64,000 bases of DNA from Vicinamibacteria bacterium (GTDB lineage Bacteria > Acidobacteriota > Vicinamibacteria > Fen-336). A program made the position numbers and the translations under genes. Below the pieces are notes generated by a model, which was not told the origin of the DNA, ran no database searches, and was given only the letters and a program-made list of their open reading frames with translations. Positions 63,337 to 64,000 of this stretch are shown here, piece after piece (the stretch's first letter is position 1; every line of letters starts with the position of its first letter). The DNA is taken from positions 251,770 through 315,769 of the forward strand of contig JBFWVE010000006.1 in assembly GCA_050246895.1 (NCBI GenBank). Direction: 5' to 3'.

Positions 63337-63478
63337 GGCTCGGGCCCCCTGGAAGCGTGAGACCGGATCATAGACCGAGCCTGCGCCGTTCCGCCTGCGC
63401 AGCCTGCTTCCGTCCAGGGAGAGATCGCGAAGCCGGCCGCGGAACGGCATACAGTGGGGCCGGCACTTGGAGAGCCCC

Positions 63479-64000
63479 ATGACAACCCCGGTCCGCACGG
63501 ACGTCAGCCTGCTGGGCGAGCAGGACCTGCACTTCTTCGCGGAGGGCACGCACGCGCGCGCCTGGCGCGTCTTCGGCTCCCATGCGGGCCGGGCGGCCGG
63601 CGTCGACGGCACCCACTTCGCCGTCTGGGCGCCCAACGCGCGCAGCGTCGCGGTGATGGGCGACTGGAACGGCTGGAACCCGGACGCGCAGCCGCTGGCG
63701 GAGCGGGGCGCCTCCGGCGTCTTCGAGGGATTCCTGCCGGGCGTGCGCCGCGGAGCGCTCTACAAGTACCGCGTGGTCTCCCGGATCGACGACTACAGCG
63801 TCGACAAGTCGGATCCGTTCGGCGTCTTCCAGGAGCAGCCCCCCGGCTTCGCCTCGGTCGTCTGGGACCTCGGCTACGAGTGGGGCGACGAAGCCTGGAT
63901 GCAGGGCAGGGCGCATCGGCAAGCGCTCACCGCGCCGATCTCGACCTACGAGGTCCACCTCGGCTCCTGGCGCCGCGTGCCGGAGGATGGCGACCGGCCG
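63479..64000 (+). CDS. glgB: 1,4-alpha-glucan branching enzyme GlgB, N-terminal part (runs off window end)
   Basis: MTTPVRTDVSLLGEQDLHFFAEGTHARAWRVFGSH...THFAVWAPNARSVAVMGDWNGWN is the GlgB N-terminal CBM48 region. Confidence 0.85.
   Translation, partial: MTTPVRTDVSLLGEQDLHFFAEGTHARAWRVFGSHAGRAAGVDGTHFAVWAPNARSVAVMGDWNGWNPDAQPLAERGASGVFEGFLPGVRRGALYKYRVVSRIDDYSVDKSDPFGVFQEQPPGFASVVWDLGYEWGDEAWMQGRAHRQALTAPISTYEVHLGSWRRVPEDGDRP

Noticed and set aside
1-64000. rRNA, tRNA or other structured ncRNA genes
   Set aside because: No cloverleaf-like conserved tRNA boxes (GTTC-R-A-NNC T-loop with a matching acceptor stem) were seen in intergenic gaps, no rRNA-like conserved stretches are present, and the gaps are short.

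Overview
This is a roughly 70% GC bacterial chromosomal segment. Its gene content (PadR plus ADOP-type FtsX permeases, an Oar-like CarboxypepD_reg TonB-dependent receptor, a DUF1800/DUF1501 pair, TAXI-TRAP, and many M28/M20/S8 peptidases) suggests an Acidobacteriota-like soil organism, but that is inference only. About 60 genes are supported. Most are housekeeping or nutrient-scavenging functions: peptide uptake and degradation (M28 coupled to OPT, a POT permease, two sodium:solute symporters), a purine-catabolism cluster (adenosine deaminase, an amidohydrolase deaminase, xanthine-dehydrogenase subunits) and assorted transporters. Many of the very long ORFs in the six-frame track are GC-skew artifacts that fuse or run antisense to the real genes; I resolved real starts by codon-counting from the track coordinates.

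Two accessory regions stand out. The first is a 0.8 to 6.1 kb island holding a vapBC toxin-antitoxin pair with an autoregulatory promoter/operator, a visibly lower-GC five-gene co-directional cluster ending in a HEPN-like (RNxxxH) protein, and a four-helix-bundle protein, with opposite-orientation copies of a novel repeat family at its two ends. The second is a 27.7 to 31.1 kb array of eight small same-strand genes, each separated by the same repeat family. The family's core is GGCTACGGACGTGAACG followed by GAACGT hexamer tandems, with stop codons in all six frames. This array includes a GNAT gene bracketed by a perfect ~94-bp direct repeat, and two palindromic copies that look like attC sites. 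That makes it a candidate integron-cassette-like (CALIN-like) array, or else a new REP/MITE-like element family.

I found no rRNA, tRNA, CRISPR array, transposase or integrase in the window.
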